From Flavobacteriaceae bacterium (GTDB lineage Bacteria > Bacteroidota > Bacteroidia > Flavobacteriales > Flavobacteriaceae): 64,000 nt of DNA. The notes beneath the pieces were generated by a model. It saw only the letters and a program-made list of their open reading frames with translations. It did no database searches and was not told the origin of the DNA. Positions within the stretch are counted from its first letter, which is position 1, and each line of letters opens with the position of its first letter. Location: the NCBI GenBank assembly GCA_947488595.1, contig CANKZI010000006.1:11268-75267 (forward strand), read 5' to 3'. Positions 27,959 through 38,515 of the stretch are shown one piece after another. A program made the translations under genes and the position numbers.

Positions 27959-29200
27959 TTACTCATAGCGCAGTGCTTCGATAGGATCTAATTTTGCTGC
28001 TTTCAATGCTGGATATGATCCAGATACTACCGCGACAATAAAGCTAACAACGAATGCTAAAATAATCGCACTCCATGGAACAACAAAGCTAAAACCCAAT
28101 AAAGAAGAAAGTCCGAAACCTATTAAAAGACCAATAATAACGCCTACTAATCCGCCAAGTTGTCCGATTAAAAGGGTTTCTATAAAAAACTGAAATGCAA
28201 TTGTGGTTTTTTTGGCACCTAATGCTTTTCGGACGCCAATTTCTCTCGTACGTTCAGTGACCGAAACAATCATAATATTCATTAACGCGATTGAAGAACC
28301 GAAAATGGTAATTACACTAATAATTATTGCTGCAATATCGAGATAATTGGTCAAATCTTTGATTCGATTGATCAAATCATCACTTCGAACAACGCCAAAA
28401 TTATTGTCTTGAACGGGATTTAATTTTCTCACTTTTCGCATCGTAATTGTCGCTTGATTAACTGCTTCGGACAATAGTTCATTTTTTTCGACCATTACAC
28501 TCATTGTATAATTGATGCTTGGTGCAGTAAACAAGGACCTAGCAATCTGAATCGGAATCAAAACCCTTAAATCTTGGCTGTTTCCAAAAGTCGAACCTTT
28601 TTCCTTTAATACACCAATGACTTTAAATTTGGCACCGCGAATCGAAATTGTTTTGTCAATTGGTTGTGCATCTTTGAACAATCCTTTCATAAAATCAGAA
28701 CCAATAATACAAACATAATTGTTGTTGTTGATGTCAAATCCAGTAAAATTCCGACCCAAAGCCACCTCTAATCCGCCATTGGTTATGAAATAATTGTCAA
28801 CACCAACGATACTAATTTCGGGATCAGTTTTTTGGGATTCAAATTTTACCTCGGCGCTTGTAGTTGCGGTAAACGAAAGAGAACAATAGGTAAGTGGATA
28901 ATCGTATTTTTCTTTGAACGCTTTTGCTTGAGTATAGGAAATGATTGGATTGATGATTTCGCGTTCACCGCCTCCGCGTCGTTGTGAAGTAAATTCGTAT
29001 TGATTGATGTTAAAAGTATTCGAACCCATGGAAGCAAAATTGCCTTTTAGTGTGTTTTCGAGTGCAGCCACTACAGTCAAAATACCCACCAAAGCCATTA
29101 TACCAATGGCGATAATAAGTACCGTGAGTATGGTGCGCAACAATTGCGTTTTGATTGAACCTAACGCAATTCGGACATTTTCTTTGAATAATTTTAGCAT
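27959..29200 (-). CDS. FtsX/MacB-type ABC transporter permease
   Basis: N-terminal TM helix, large periplasmic domain and a C-terminal FtsX four-helix region (REIGVRKALGAKK). Confidence 0.88.
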   Translation of the reverse strand: MLKLFKENVRIALGSIKTQLLRTILTVLIIAIGIMALVGILTVVAALENTLKGNFASMGSNTFNINQYEFTSQRRGGGEREIINPIISYTQAKAFKEKYDYPLTYCSLSFTATTSAEVKFESQKTDPEISIVGVDNYFITNGGLEVALGRNFTGFDINNNNYVCIIGSDFMKGLFKDAQPIDKTISIRGAKFKVIGVLKEKGSTFGNSQDLRVLIPIQIARSLFTAPSINYTMSVMVEKNELLSEAVNQATITMRKVRKLNPVQDNNFGVVRSDDLINRIKDLTNYLDIAAIIISVITIFGSSIALMNIMIVSVTERTREIGVRKALGAKKTTIAFQFFIETLLIGQLGGLVGVIIGLLIGFGLSSLLGFSFVVPWSAIILAFVVSFIVAVVSGSYPALKAAKLDPIEALRYE

Positions 29201-29202
29201 CG

Positions 29203-29226
29203 TTGTAATTTGTCACGAAATTACAA
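29203..29226. repeat. perfect 9-bp inverted repeat TTGTAATTT-N6-AAATTACAA abutting the permease start codon
   Basis: Read directly from the sequence. It ends 3 nt from the minus-strand ATG at 29200. Confidence 0.5.
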
Positions 29227-29367
29227 TATTTGTTACAAGTTTGGATTGGGGTTGCTGGTTTTTAATTTTTAAAATAAGATATTTGCAGGACTAATGTTAT
29301 AAATCGAATGTTCCAACTTTATAATGTTCATACCAATCTGCGATCAAAAGCATAAACTGTTAAACCA

Positions 29368-30795
29368 ATGGCTCAAAAACCAAGTATTCCAAAAGGCACA
29401 AGGGATTTTTCACCAATAGAAGTAGCCAAACGACAATATATAATTGGTGTAATGAAAGACAATTTCGAGAAATTTGGCTTTCAGCCGATAGAAACGCCTT
29501 CGTTTGAAAATTCCGAATCCTTGATGGGAAAATATGGAGAAGAAGGCGATAAACTTATTTTCAGAATTTTAAATTCAGGTAATTATTTTTTTGATAAGCA
29601 AACCATTGATTTACCAGAAACCTTGGAACATCTCAAAGCAAAGGATTGGGATAAGTTATCGCTCGAAGAACGAAAGCAATTGAATCAATATACTGGAAAA
29701 ATTTCCGAAAAAGCACTTCGTTACGATCTCACAGTGCCATTTGCGCGTTATGTAGTACAGCACCAAAATGAAATTGAATTTCCGTTCAAACGTTATCAAA
29801 TTCAACCTGTTTGGCGCGCTGATCGTCCACAAAAAGGTCGTTTTCGCGAGTTTTACCAATGCGATGCCGATGTGGTTGGTTCGACTTCGTTGTGGCAAGA
29901 AGTGGAGTTGGTACAATTGTATGATGCTGTTTTTAGTCAACTTGGTTTGGAAGGTGTTGTCATGAAAATCAACAACCGTAAAATTTTGTCAGGTATTGCT
30001 GAAGTTATTGGTGCATCCGATAAATTGATTGATTTCACAGTTGCTTTAGACAAATTAGACAAAATAGGTGAAGACGGTGTGAAAGCTGAAATGATCGAAA
30101 AAGGCATTTCAGATCAAGCAATCAATCAACTTCAACCGCTTTTTAATTTCACAGGTAATACTAGTGAAAAGCTCGCAAAACTTTCGGTTTTATTGGCCAA
30201 TTCGACTGAAGGCATGAAAGGGGTTTCCGAGTTGCAATTCATTTGTGATACCCTTATGGCGCTAGGTCTCGAAAAATCGATTTTGGATTTGGATGTTACT
30301 TTGGCACGAGGACTCAATTATTACACAGGCGCAATTTTTGAAGTGGCACCACCAAAACCGGTAGCCATGGGATCGATCGGCGGCGGCGGAAGGTACGATG
30401 ATTTAACAGGTGTATTTGGATTAAAAAATACAAGCGGTGTTGGGATTTCTTTTGGTCTTGACCGCATTTATTTGGTTATTGAAGCACTCGATTTATTTCC
30501 GAAAACCGTTACTGCAACTTCAAAAGCTTTGTTTATTAATTATGGTGAAAAAGAATCGTTTTATGCAATGCAAGCCATTAAATTGCTGCGTAGTGTTGGT
30601 ATAAAAACAGAGTTGTATCCGGATGCAACTAAAGTCGGAAAGCAATTCCAACATGCCGATAAGCGACAAATTCCGTTTGCAGTTATCGTTGGCGCATCAG
30701 AAATCGAAAAAAATCAATACGGATTGAAAAATTTAATTACAGGTGAGCAAATGCAACTTAATTTTGAAGATCTGAAAGCTAAACTATTAGCTTAA
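29368..30795 (+). CDS. hisS: histidine--tRNA ligase
   Basis: Class II aaRS motifs (FRILNSG.., [31 protein letters not shown]) and an anticodon-binding C-terminus. Confidence 0.95.
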   Translation: MAQKPSIPKGTRDFSPIEVAKRQYIIGVMKDNFEKFGFQPIETPSFENSESLMGKYGEEGDKLIFRILNSGNYFFDKQTIDLPETLEHLKAKDWDKLSLEERKQLNQYTGKISEKALRYDLTVPFARYVVQHQNEIEFPFKRYQIQPVWRADRPQKGRFREFYQCDADVVGSTSLWQEVELVQLYDAVFSQLGLEGVVMKINNRKILSGIAEVIGASDKLIDFTVALDKLDKIGEDGVKAEMIEKGISDQAINQLQPLFNFTGNTSEKLAKLSVLLANSTEGMKGVSELQFICDTLMALGLEKSILDLDVTLARGLNYYTGAIFEVAPPKPVAMGSIGGGGRYDDLTGVFGLKNTSGVGISFGLDRIYLVIEALDLFPKTVTATSKALFINYGEKESFYAMQAIKLLRSVGIKTELYPDATKVGKQFQHADKRQIPFAVIVGASEIEKNQYGLKNLITGEQMQLNFEDLKAKLLA

Positions 30796-30811
30796 AAGCT
30801 TCAAAAAAAGG

Positions 30812-31552
30812 CTAAAATTCTAATTTCTTTTTTCGTAATTCAAAATTTTGACCAAGATAAACGCGGCGTACCATTTCGTCTTGTACCAATTCTTCTGGAA
30901 TTCCAGCTTTTAGGATACCACCTTCAAACATCAAATAGGTCTTATCGGTAATGGCCAAAGTTTCCTGTACGTTATGGTCTGTGATTAAAATTCCGATGTT
31001 TTTATTTTTTAATTGTGCTACAATTCGTTGAATGTCTTCAACAGCAACGGGATCAACACCTGCGAAAGGTTCGTCAAGCAGTATGAATTTTGGATCAGTG
31101 GCCAAACAACGTGCGATTTCGGTTCGGCGTCTTTCTCCACCCGAAAGCAAATCGCCACGATTGGTGCGAATGTGTTCTAAACTAAATTCGGCAATCAACG
31201 ATTCCATTTTTGCTACTTGATCTTCTTTGGAAAGTTGCGTCAATTGTAAAACACTTAATATATTGTCTTCGATGCTTAGTTTTCTAAAAACCGATGCTTC
31301 TTGTGCCAAATAGCCAATGCCTTGTTGTGCTCTTTTGTACATTGGATAATCGGTAATATTCAAATCGTCTAAAAAAATATTTCCCGAATTGGGTTTTACC
31401 AAACCTACAATCATATAGAAAGAAGTGGTTTTTCCGGCGCCATTGGGACCCAAAAGACCCACAATTTCGCCTTGATTGACTGCGACAGAAATACCTTTTA
31501 CCACACTTCGTCCTTTGTAAGTTTTTACTAAATTTTCGGCTCTTAAGATCAT
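30812..31552 (-). CDS. lptB: LPS export ABC transporter ATP-binding protein LptB
   Basis: Walker A GPNGAGKTT, signature LSGGERRR and Walker B ILLDEPFAGVDP. Length is 246 aa. Confidence 0.9.
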   Translation of the reverse strand: MILRAENLVKTYKGRSVVKGISVAVNQGEIVGLLGPNGAGKTTSFYMIVGLVKPNSGNIFLDDLNITDYPMYKRAQQGIGYLAQEASVFRKLSIEDNILSVLQLTQLSKEDQVAKMESLIAEFSLEHIRTNRGDLLSGGERRRTEIARCLATDPKFILLDEPFAGVDPVAVEDIQRIVAQLKNKNIGILITDHNVQETLAITDKTYLMFEGGILKAGIPEELVQDEMVRRVYLGQNFELRKKKLEF

Positions 31553-31638
31553 TTTAATTTGATAATTTGATAATTAAACAATGTGACAATCAGTAAACGG
31601 GACAATTGAATAATTATTTGACGTTTAAATTTTTATAA

Positions 31639-32004
31639 CTACTTTGTTGTCTCATCATTTACTTGTTCTTCCAATGCTTCCCAAAACTCGTAGGCACGGC
31701 GCAAATGCGGAATCACAATGGTCCCGCCAACCAATGTCGCGATGCCCATGGCTTCCATCATTTCGTCTTTGCTAATGCCATGTTTGTAACTTGTTTCCAA
31801 ATGGTACTTTATACAATCATCACAACGCAAAACGGTCGAAGCCACTAATCCGAGGAGTTCTTTGGTTTTCACATCCAAAACGCCAGCTGCGTAAGCATTA
31901 GTGTCCAGATTGAAGATTCGTTTTACAATTTTGTTGTTGTCCGACAATAATTTTTCGTTCATTTTTGAACGGTAGTCGTTGAATTCGTTAACTAAGTTGC
32001 TCAT
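31639..32004 (-). CDS. carboxymuconolactone decarboxylase (AhpD-like) family protein
   Basis: 121 aa with a CDDC (CxxC) motif in the AhpD-like helix context. Confidence 0.75.
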   Translation of the reverse strand: MSNLVNEFNDYRSKMNEKLLSDNNKIVKRIFNLDTNAYAAGVLDVKTKELLGLVASTVLRCDDCIKYHLETSYKHGISKDEMMEAMGIATLVGGTIVIPHLRRAYEFWEALEEQVNDETTK

Positions 32005-32812
32005 TTATATTTTTATTTTTAACGACACGTGCTGCAATATGAATACTCACTTCATAAAGCAATAATATAGGAATTGAAACAATAATTTGACTCGGAATAT
32101 CTGGTGGAGTTACAATTGCCGCTACAATTAGGATGATTACAATGGCTATTTTTCGGTATTTTCGTAAAAGGTCTGGTGTAACCAATCCGACTTTGGCTAA
32201 GAAATAAATGACAATGGGCAATTCAAATACCAAACCCGATGCAATTAATGAGGTTTTTACCATCGAAATGTAGGAATCGACGCTAAATTGATTGATGATG
32301 GTATCGCTGACAATAAATGTTCCGAAGAAATTGACGGATAAGGGCACAATAATATAATAACCAAAAAGCACACCTAAAAAAAATAAAAGCGAAGAAACGA
32401 TTACAAAAGCTCGGGCATTTTTTCGTTCTTTTTCATAAAGTGCGGGACTTATAAACTTCCACAATTCCCATAAGATGTACGGAAAACCCAAAATGAATCC
32501 TGCTGTAATACATGTCCACAAGAAAATAGAGAATTGTCCGCCAACGTTTGTGTTTTGAATAATAAATGAAAACTCTGTTGCACAGGCGGTTGAGTCTTTG
32601 AGATTGAAAAATTTAGTTATTTCGCAAAAAAAGTGATAAGTTATAAAATCAGGATTTTTTGCGCCAAAAATAATGTCATCAAATATAAAATCAATAAAAA
32701 AATAAGAAACAAAAGCCAAAATTATAATGGCAATTGTGCTTCTAATTAACAACCATCTTAAATCTTCAAGATGATCCATAAACGACATTTCCTTACTTGT
32801 TTTTTCTGCCAT
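31988..32812 (-). CDS. tatC: twin-arginine translocase subunit TatC
   Basis: Six-TM protein with the N-terminal MSFMDHLEDLR motif typical of TatC. Confidence 0.92.
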   Translation of the reverse strand: MAEKTSKEMSFMDHLEDLRWLLIRSTIAIIILAFVSYFFIDFIFDDIIFGAKNPDFITYHFFCEITKFFNLKDSTACATEFSFIIQNTNVGGQFSIFLWTCITAGFILGFPYILWELWKFISPALYEKERKNARAFVIVSSLLFFLGVLFGYYIIVPLSVNFFGTFIVSDTIINQFSVDSYISMVKTSLIASGLVFELPIVIYFLAKVGLVTPDLLRKYRKIAIVIILIVAAIVTPPDIPSQIIVSIPILLLYEVSIHIAARVVKNKNINEQLS

Positions 32813-33777
32813 TATAGTATTCCCTCTTTTAAAATATCGTGTAAATGCAAGATGCCTTTGTATTCGTCTTGATCAACAACAACCAATTGGGTTATCGAAA
32901 AATCTTCGAGAATATTGAAAGCAGCAACGACCATATCTGTAGATTGTACCATTTTAGGGTTCTTGGTCATAATGTCTTTTGCAGTTAAATCAGAAAAAGT
33001 ATCTCTGTCATTAAGCATTCTTCGGATATCGCCATCGGTAATAATTCCGATTACCTTATTATTTTCTATAACAGCCGTTACCCCAAGTCTTTTTTCGGAT
33101 ATTTCAAAAATGACTTTTTTGATTGCAGTATCTGGACCAACCACTGGCTTGTTTGCATGGTCCAACATATCTTTCACACGAAGCAATAATTTTTTGCCCA
33201 AAGCGCCACCTGGATGGTATTTGGCAAAATCTTCGTTTTTAAAATCCCTAATTTCCATTAAGCAAACCGCAAGCGCATCGCCAATTACCAATTGTGCGGT
33301 AGTGCTATTGGTTGGTGCAAGATTCAGTGGACAAGCTTCGGCATCGACAGTGGTATTTAAAACATAGTCAGCGCCTTTGGCCAAAAATGAAGTAATATTT
33401 CCAGTGATAGCAATCAAAGTATTTCCGAAGTTTTTTAAAATAGGCACCAGTACTTTTATTTCAGGACTGTTGCCGCTTTTCGAAATACAAATTACAACAT
33501 CATCAGGTTGTACCATACCTAAATCGCCATGAATCGCTTCGGAAGCATGCAAAAAAAGTGATGGTGTTCCAGTCGAATTCATCGTCGCCACAATCTTTTG
33601 AGCAATAATTGCACTTTTTCCGATGCCTGTAATCACAACACGACCTTTAGATTGGTATATGATTTCGATACTTTTAGCAAAATCATCGGTTAGCAAATCA
33701 ACCAATTTTGCAATAGCATTACTTTCGGTAAGAATCGTTTTTTTGGCTGTTGCCAGTATATTTTCTTTTGTTATCAA
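32812..33777 (-). CDS. kpsF: KpsF/GutQ family arabinose-5-phosphate isomerase (SIS + tandem CBS)
   Basis: SIS motif VVITGIGKS and a C-terminal CBS pair. Confidence 0.9.
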   Translation of the reverse strand: MITKENILATAKKTILTESNAIAKLVDLLTDDFAKSIEIIYQSKGRVVITGIGKSAIIAQKIVATMNSTGTPSLFLHASEAIHGDLGMVQPDDVVICISKSGNSPEIKVLVPILKNFGNTLIAITGNITSFLAKGADYVLNTTVDAEACPLNLAPTNSTTAQLVIGDALAVCLMEIRDFKNEDFAKYHPGGALGKKLLLRVKDMLDHANKPVVGPDTAIKKVIFEISEKRLGVTAVIENNKVIGIITDGDIRRMLNDRDTFSDLTAKDIMTKNPKMVQSTDMVVAAFNILEDFSITQLVVVDQDEYKGILHLHDILKEGIL

Positions 33778-33863
33778 AACAGAAATCGTATAAAATTTGT
33801 AGTTCTAAAAGAAAGTTGTATCTTTATGTAATGCAAATTTATGTAAAATACCCTTACTAAAGA

Positions 33864-36059
33864 ATGAATTCAAACGAAATCGACATCCATAAAGAGTTAA
33901 AAAAGTATTTTGGTTTTAACCAATTTAAAGGATTGCAGGAACAAGTTATAAAAAGTATCATAACAAATCAGAATACTTTTGTTATTATGCCAACTGGTGG
34001 AGGCAAATCGCTCTGCTATCAATTGCCAGCTTTAATTAAGGAAGGAACCGCCATAGTCGTATCGCCTTTAATTGCTTTAATGAAAAATCAAGTTGATGCC
34101 ATTAGGAGTTTGTCTTCAGAGAATGGTATTGCTCATGTTTTAAATTCTTCATTAACAAAAACCGAAGTTAATCAAGTAAAAAAAGACATCACTTCGGGAT
34201 TGACAAAACTTTTATATGTTGCGCCAGAGTCATTAACCAAAGAAGAATATGTAGCTTTTTTAAAAAATGTTCCCATTTCTTTTGTAGCCATAGACGAAGC
34301 GCATTGTATTTCTGAATGGGGTCACGATTTTAGACCCGAATACAGAAATTTGAGACATATTATTAAACAACTGGGCGATGTGCCTATTATTGGTTTGACC
34401 GCTACCGCAACACCAAAAGTGCAGGAGGATATTTTGAAAAATTTGGATATGCCCAATGCCAATACATTCAAAGCATCCTTTAATCGCCCGAATTTGTTTT
34501 ATGAAGTACGTACCAAAACTAAAAATGTTGAGTCGGATATTATTCGTTTTATCAAACAGCACAAAGGAAAATCAGGAATTATTTATTGCTTGAGTCGCAA
34601 GAAAGTTGAAGCCATTGCCCAAGTTTTACAGGTCAATGGAATCAGCGCTGTTCCTTATCATGCTGGACTTGATGCTAAAACCAGGGCCAAGCATCAAGAT
34701 ATGTTTTTGATGGAAGATGTTGAGGTTGTGGTTGCAACAATTGCTTTTGGAATGGGAATTGACAAACCCGATGTACGATTTGTAATCCATCATGATATTC
34801 CAAAATCCTTAGAAAGTTATTATCAAGAAACGGGTCGTGCTGGTCGTGACGGGGGCGAAGGCCACTGTTTGGCATATTATTCGTATAAAGACGTAGAAAA
34901 ACTCGAAAAATTCATGTCGGGTAAACCAGTTGCCGAACAAGAGATTGGGTTTGCCTTACTTCAAGAAGTCGTAGCTTATGCCGAAACATCGATATCAAGA
35001 AGGAAATTTTTATTGCATTATTTTGGCGAAGAATTTGACGGAATAAACGGCGATGGCGCCGATATGGACGATAATGTTCGAAATCCTAAAACCAAAATCG
35101 AAGCACAAAATCAAGTTGTTAAATTGCTAAAAGTGGTGCGAGACACCAAGCATTTATATAAATCTAAAGAGATTATTTACACCCTTATTGGCAAATTAAA
35201 TGCAGTAATTAAGGCACATCGCACTGATTCACAAAGTTTTTTTGGCTCAGGTGTTTCTTTTGAAGAACGCTATTGGATGGCTTTGATCAGACAAGTATTA
35301 GTTGATGGCTTATTGTCGAAAGACATTGAAACTTATGGTATTTTAAAAATTACCGAAAAAGGAATGGACTATATCGACAATCCTACTTCTTTTACTATGA
35401 CAGAAGACCATGAATATAATGAAACCGAAGACGAAGCGATTGTAACAGCTGCAAAATCTTCGGGTACAGCTGATGAAAATTTGATGTCAATGTTGCGTGA
35501 TTTGCGAAAAAAAGTCGCCAAAAAATTGGGTGTGCCTCCATTTGTGGTATTTCAAGATCCATCTTTGGAAGATATGGCACTCAAATATCCTATTTCACTG
35601 GATGAATTGGGAAATGTGCATGGCGTCGGTGAAGGAAAAGCAAAAAAATATGGCAAAGAATTTATTGATCTAATTAATAGTTATGTTGCTGATAATGATA
35701 TTATTCGTCCAGATGATTTGGTTGTAAAATCAACGGGTGCCAACTCTGCCAATAAATTGTATATCATTCAGAACATCGACAGAAAATTATCACTCGACGA
35801 TATTGCTTCTGCCAAAGGTATGAATATGGATGCCTTAATTAAAGAAATGGAGCAAATTGTATATTCAGGTACCAAATTGAACATCAAATATTGGATTGAC
35901 GAAATGCTCGATGACGACCAACAAGAAGAAATTCATGAATATTTTATGGAATCAGAAACAGATAAAATTGAAGAAGCACTTGCTGCTTTTGACGGCGAAT
36001 ATGATACCGATGAATTGCGCTTGATGCGTATAAAATTTATTAGCGAAGTAGCGAATTAA
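33864..36059 (+). CDS. recQ: ATP-dependent DNA helicase RecQ
   Basis: PTGGGKSLCYQ Walker A, DEAH box (VAIDEAHCISEWGHDFRPEY), RQC and a C-terminal HRDC-like region. Confidence 0.96.
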   Translation: MNSNEIDIHKELKKYFGFNQFKGLQEQVIKSIITNQNTFVIMPTGGGKSLCYQLPALIKEGTAIVVSPLIALMKNQVDAIRSLSSENGIAHVLNSSLTKTEVNQVKKDITSGLTKLLYVAPESLTKEEYVAFLKNVPISFVAIDEAHCISEWGHDFRPEYRNLRHIIKQLGDVPIIGLTATATPKVQEDILKNLDMPNANTFKASFNRPNLFYEVRTKTKNVESDIIRFIKQHKGKSGIIYCLSRKKVEAIAQVLQVNGISAVPYHAGLDAKTRAKHQDMFLMEDVEVVVATIAFGMGIDKPDVRFVIHHDIPKSLESYYQETGRAGRDGGEGHCLAYYSYKDVEKLEKFMSGKPVAEQEIGFALLQEVVAYAETSISRRKFLLHYFGEEFDGINGDGADMDDNVRNPKTKIEAQNQVVKLLKVVRDTKHLYKSKEIIYTLIGKLNAVIKAHRTDSQSFFGSGVSFEERYWMALIRQVLVDGLLSKDIETYGILKITEKGMDYIDNPTSFTMTEDHEYNETEDEAIVTAAKSSGTADENLMSMLRDLRKKVAKKLGVPPFVVFQDPSLEDMALKYPISLDELGNVHGVGEGKAKKYGKEFIDLINSYVADNDIIRPDDLVVKSTGANSANKLYIIQNIDRKLSLDDIASAKGMNMDALIKEMEQIVYSGTKLNIKYWIDEMLDDDQQEEIHEYFMESETDKIEEALAAFDGEYDTDELRLMRIKFISEVAN

Positions 36060-36064
36060 CAAAT

Positions 36065-36091
36065 AGAGAAGTGAGAGCTTCTCTTTTTTTT
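36065..36091 (+). terminator. rho-independent terminator after recQ
   Basis: AGAGAAG-TGAGAG-CTTCTCT is followed by T8. Confidence 0.75.
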
Positions 36092-36329
36092 ATCCATTAT
36101 GAACTTCGCCACGGTGCGGTTTCAAGATGTCGCGAACAAAAATCATATTTTCTTCGTTTACAACCATAAAAGCAATGGCATGCATTTCGTTGATCTGTTC
36201 AAAGCCAGTTATATTGATTGCTAGTTTTTCTAAAATGATGAACTCTTTTAGATGGATTTCATGGTGTTCGGCTGTTTTAGCTGCAACCAAACCACGAAAA
36301 TCCCATATTAATTTTATTTGTCTTGACAT
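36090..36329 (-). CDS. small hypothetical protein (79 aa)
   Basis: Isolated ORF with balanced composition and no recognised motif. Confidence 0.5.
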   Translation of the reverse strand: MSRQIKLIWDFRGLVAAKTAEHHEIHLKEFIILEKLAINITGFEQINEMHAIAFMVVNEENMIFVRDILKPHRGEVHNG

Positions 36330-36414
36330 CTTAAAATTTCCTAGATTGAGATGGTAAAATTACGAAGGCAAATTTGAAATTAGATAATTAACAATAAAAA
36401 TTGACTTTAAATGT

Positions 36415-36422
36415 TACTTTTG
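36415..36422 (+). promoter_or_regulatory. candidate promoter (-33 TTG at 36391, -7 TACTTTTG)
   Basis: TAnnTTTG match with TTGAC 21 nt upstream. The ATG at 36463 follows. Confidence 0.4.
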
Positions 36423-36462
36423 TGCCTCAACTAGCTGAAAGTATCGAATTACTGATAAAAAG

Positions 36463-38022
36463 ATGCCAAAAGAATTACTACTTCAAGTCACACCCGAAAC
36501 TGCTGCAAATGACCATTTGTTGCAGCAATATTTAGCCAAACAGATCAAGGTCGCGACTAACGATATCAAGCATGTTACAGTTTTGAAACGTTCAATAGAT
36601 GCGCGTCAAAAAGCCATAAAAATCAATTTAAAAGTTACTATTTATTTCCAAGAAGACCATTATAGTCCCAAAAAAATTGAACTTCCTCAATACAAAAATG
36701 TCGAAAATGCCCAAGAAGTAATTGTTGTTGGTGCTGGTCCTGCAGGGCTGTTTGCGGCTTTACAATTGATTGAGTTGGGTTTAAAGCCAATAGTTATCGA
36801 GCGTGGTAAAGATGTTCGAGGTCGACGTAGGGATTTAAAAGCCATTAACGTCAATCATATTGTCAACGAAGATTCAAATTATTGCTTTGGCGAAGGTGGC
36901 GCAGGTACTTATTCTGATGGAAAATTATATACACGTTCTAAAAAACGTGGCGATATTGACCGAATCCTAAAATTATTGGTTGCTTTTGGCGCAACTCCGG
37001 ATATTTTGGTCGAAGCACACCCTCATATTGGCACCAATAAATTGCCGCAAATTATTCAGGATATCCGCGAAAAAATTATCGAAATGGGCGGAAAAGTATT
37101 TTTCGAAACCCGATTGACCGATATTATTATAAAAAACAATGAGGTTCAAGGCATTGTCATCCAAAACGGCGATATAATTAATGCCAATAAAATCATTCTT
37201 GCTACTGGACATTCAGCACGTGATATTTTTGAATTGTTGGATAAAAAGAAAATTTTCATCGAAGCCAAACCTTTTGCTTTGGGCGTACGAGCCGAACATC
37301 CACAAAGTCTGATTGACACTATTCAGTATTCTTGCGATTACCGTGGCGCACATTTGCCTCCAGCACCTTATTCGATTGTAAAACAAGTCGGCGGACGCGG
37401 CATGTATTCGTTTTGTATGTGTCCAGGTGGTGTGATTGCTCCGTGTGCTACGCAACCGGGAGAAGTGGTTACCAATGGTTGGTCTCCATCAAAACGCGAT
37501 CAAGCAACGGCAAATTCAGGAATTGTAATTGAATTGAAACTCGAAGATTTTAAGCCTTTCGAAAAATTTGGTGCTTTGGCAGGAATGGAATTTCAAAAAA
37601 GTATCGAACAAAAAGCTTGGTATTTGGCAGGAAGTACGCAAAAAGTTCCAGCACAGCGGCTGGTCGATTTTACACAAAATAAAATCTCATCGACTATTCC
37701 GAAAACGTCGTATGTTCCCGGAACCACTTCGGTCGAAATGGGTCAAGTTTTTCCTGGATTTTTATCACAAATTTTGCGTGAAGGGTTTTCGGAATTCGGA
37801 AAATCAATGAAAGGCTATTTGACCAATGAAGCGATTTTGCATGCGCCAGAATCCAGAACTTCTTCGCCTGTTCGTATTCCAAGGGATTCAGAAACACTAG
37901 AGCACGTTCAGATAAAAGGGCTGTATCCCTGTGGTGAAGGAGCAGGTTATGCGGGCGGTATTATTTCGGCTGCAATTGATGGCGAAAAATGTGCGTTGAA
38001 GATAGCAGAACATTTGCTTTAA
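36463..38022 (+). CDS. NAD(P)/FAD-dependent oxidoreductase (COG2509-type)
   Basis: Dinucleotide-binding motif VIVVGAGPAGLFAA. Length is 519 aa. Confidence 0.8.
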   Translation: MPKELLLQVTPETAANDHLLQQYLAKQIKVATNDIKHVTVLKRSIDARQKAIKINLKVTIYFQEDHYSPKKIELPQYKNVENAQEVIVVGAGPAGLFAALQLIELGLKPIVIERGKDVRGRRRDLKAINVNHIVNEDSNYCFGEGGAGTYSDGKLYTRSKKRGDIDRILKLLVAFGATPDILVEAHPHIGTNKLPQIIQDIREKIIEMGGKVFFETRLTDIIIKNNEVQGIVIQNGDIINANKIILATGHSARDIFELLDKKKIFIEAKPFALGVRAEHPQSLIDTIQYSCDYRGAHLPPAPYSIVKQVGGRGMYSFCMCPGGVIAPCATQPGEVVTNGWSPSKRDQATANSGIVIELKLEDFKPFEKFGALAGMEFQKSIEQKAWYLAGSTQKVPAQRLVDFTQNKISSTIPKTSYVPGTTSVEMGQVFPGFLSQILREGFSEFGKSMKGYLTNEAILHAPESRTSSPVRIPRDSETLEHVQIKGLYPCGEGAGYAGGIISAAIDGEKCALKIAEHLL

Positions 38023-38489
38023 GCTATTTTGAAAGCTTCACATTCCAGTAAAATCATAACATATTTTGAAATCACATAAGAGCAACAGATTCAATTTCCT
38101 TTTTTTAATGTAGTAATATTTTTTGTCTTTAAATTAGTTAAGCATTTTAATTTAGAGTTGAGGACAATCTGTAAGCAACGCTTGTATAAGATTTGGCCCT
38201 TTTTCATTCATGAGAATCATCGAAATCAGTCTAAAATCATAACGGACGAAAAGATAATAGTCTTTCAAATTTTGATGAAAAATACTGCTATAGTACTTTT
38301 TTTCAATGCAGCGTTTGGTGTCTGTGGAATCTAGTAAAATTAATAGTAACCAAATACATTTACATTACCTTCTCTTAGAAATAGTAAAAAGCTGTACATG
38401 CGAATCTAAATCTCTGAGTTTAATTTCTCTAAACAATCGTTAAACTTGTTGAAAGTCTATAAATTGCACAAAAAAACATAACTTTTGTT

Positions 38490-38497
38490 TACCTTTG
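38490..38497 (+). promoter_or_regulatory. candidate -7 promoter box (TACCTTTG) for idi
   Basis: Matches TAnnTTTG, 19 nt upstream of the ATG at 38516. Confidence 0.35.
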
Positions 38498-38515
38498 AAC
38501 AGCTAAAGAAACACA

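Noticed and set aside
31556-31575. 2.5 tandem copies of AATTTGAT immediately upstream of the lptB start.
   Set aside because: Very short AT-rich repeat, as expected by chance in promoter DNA of this composition.
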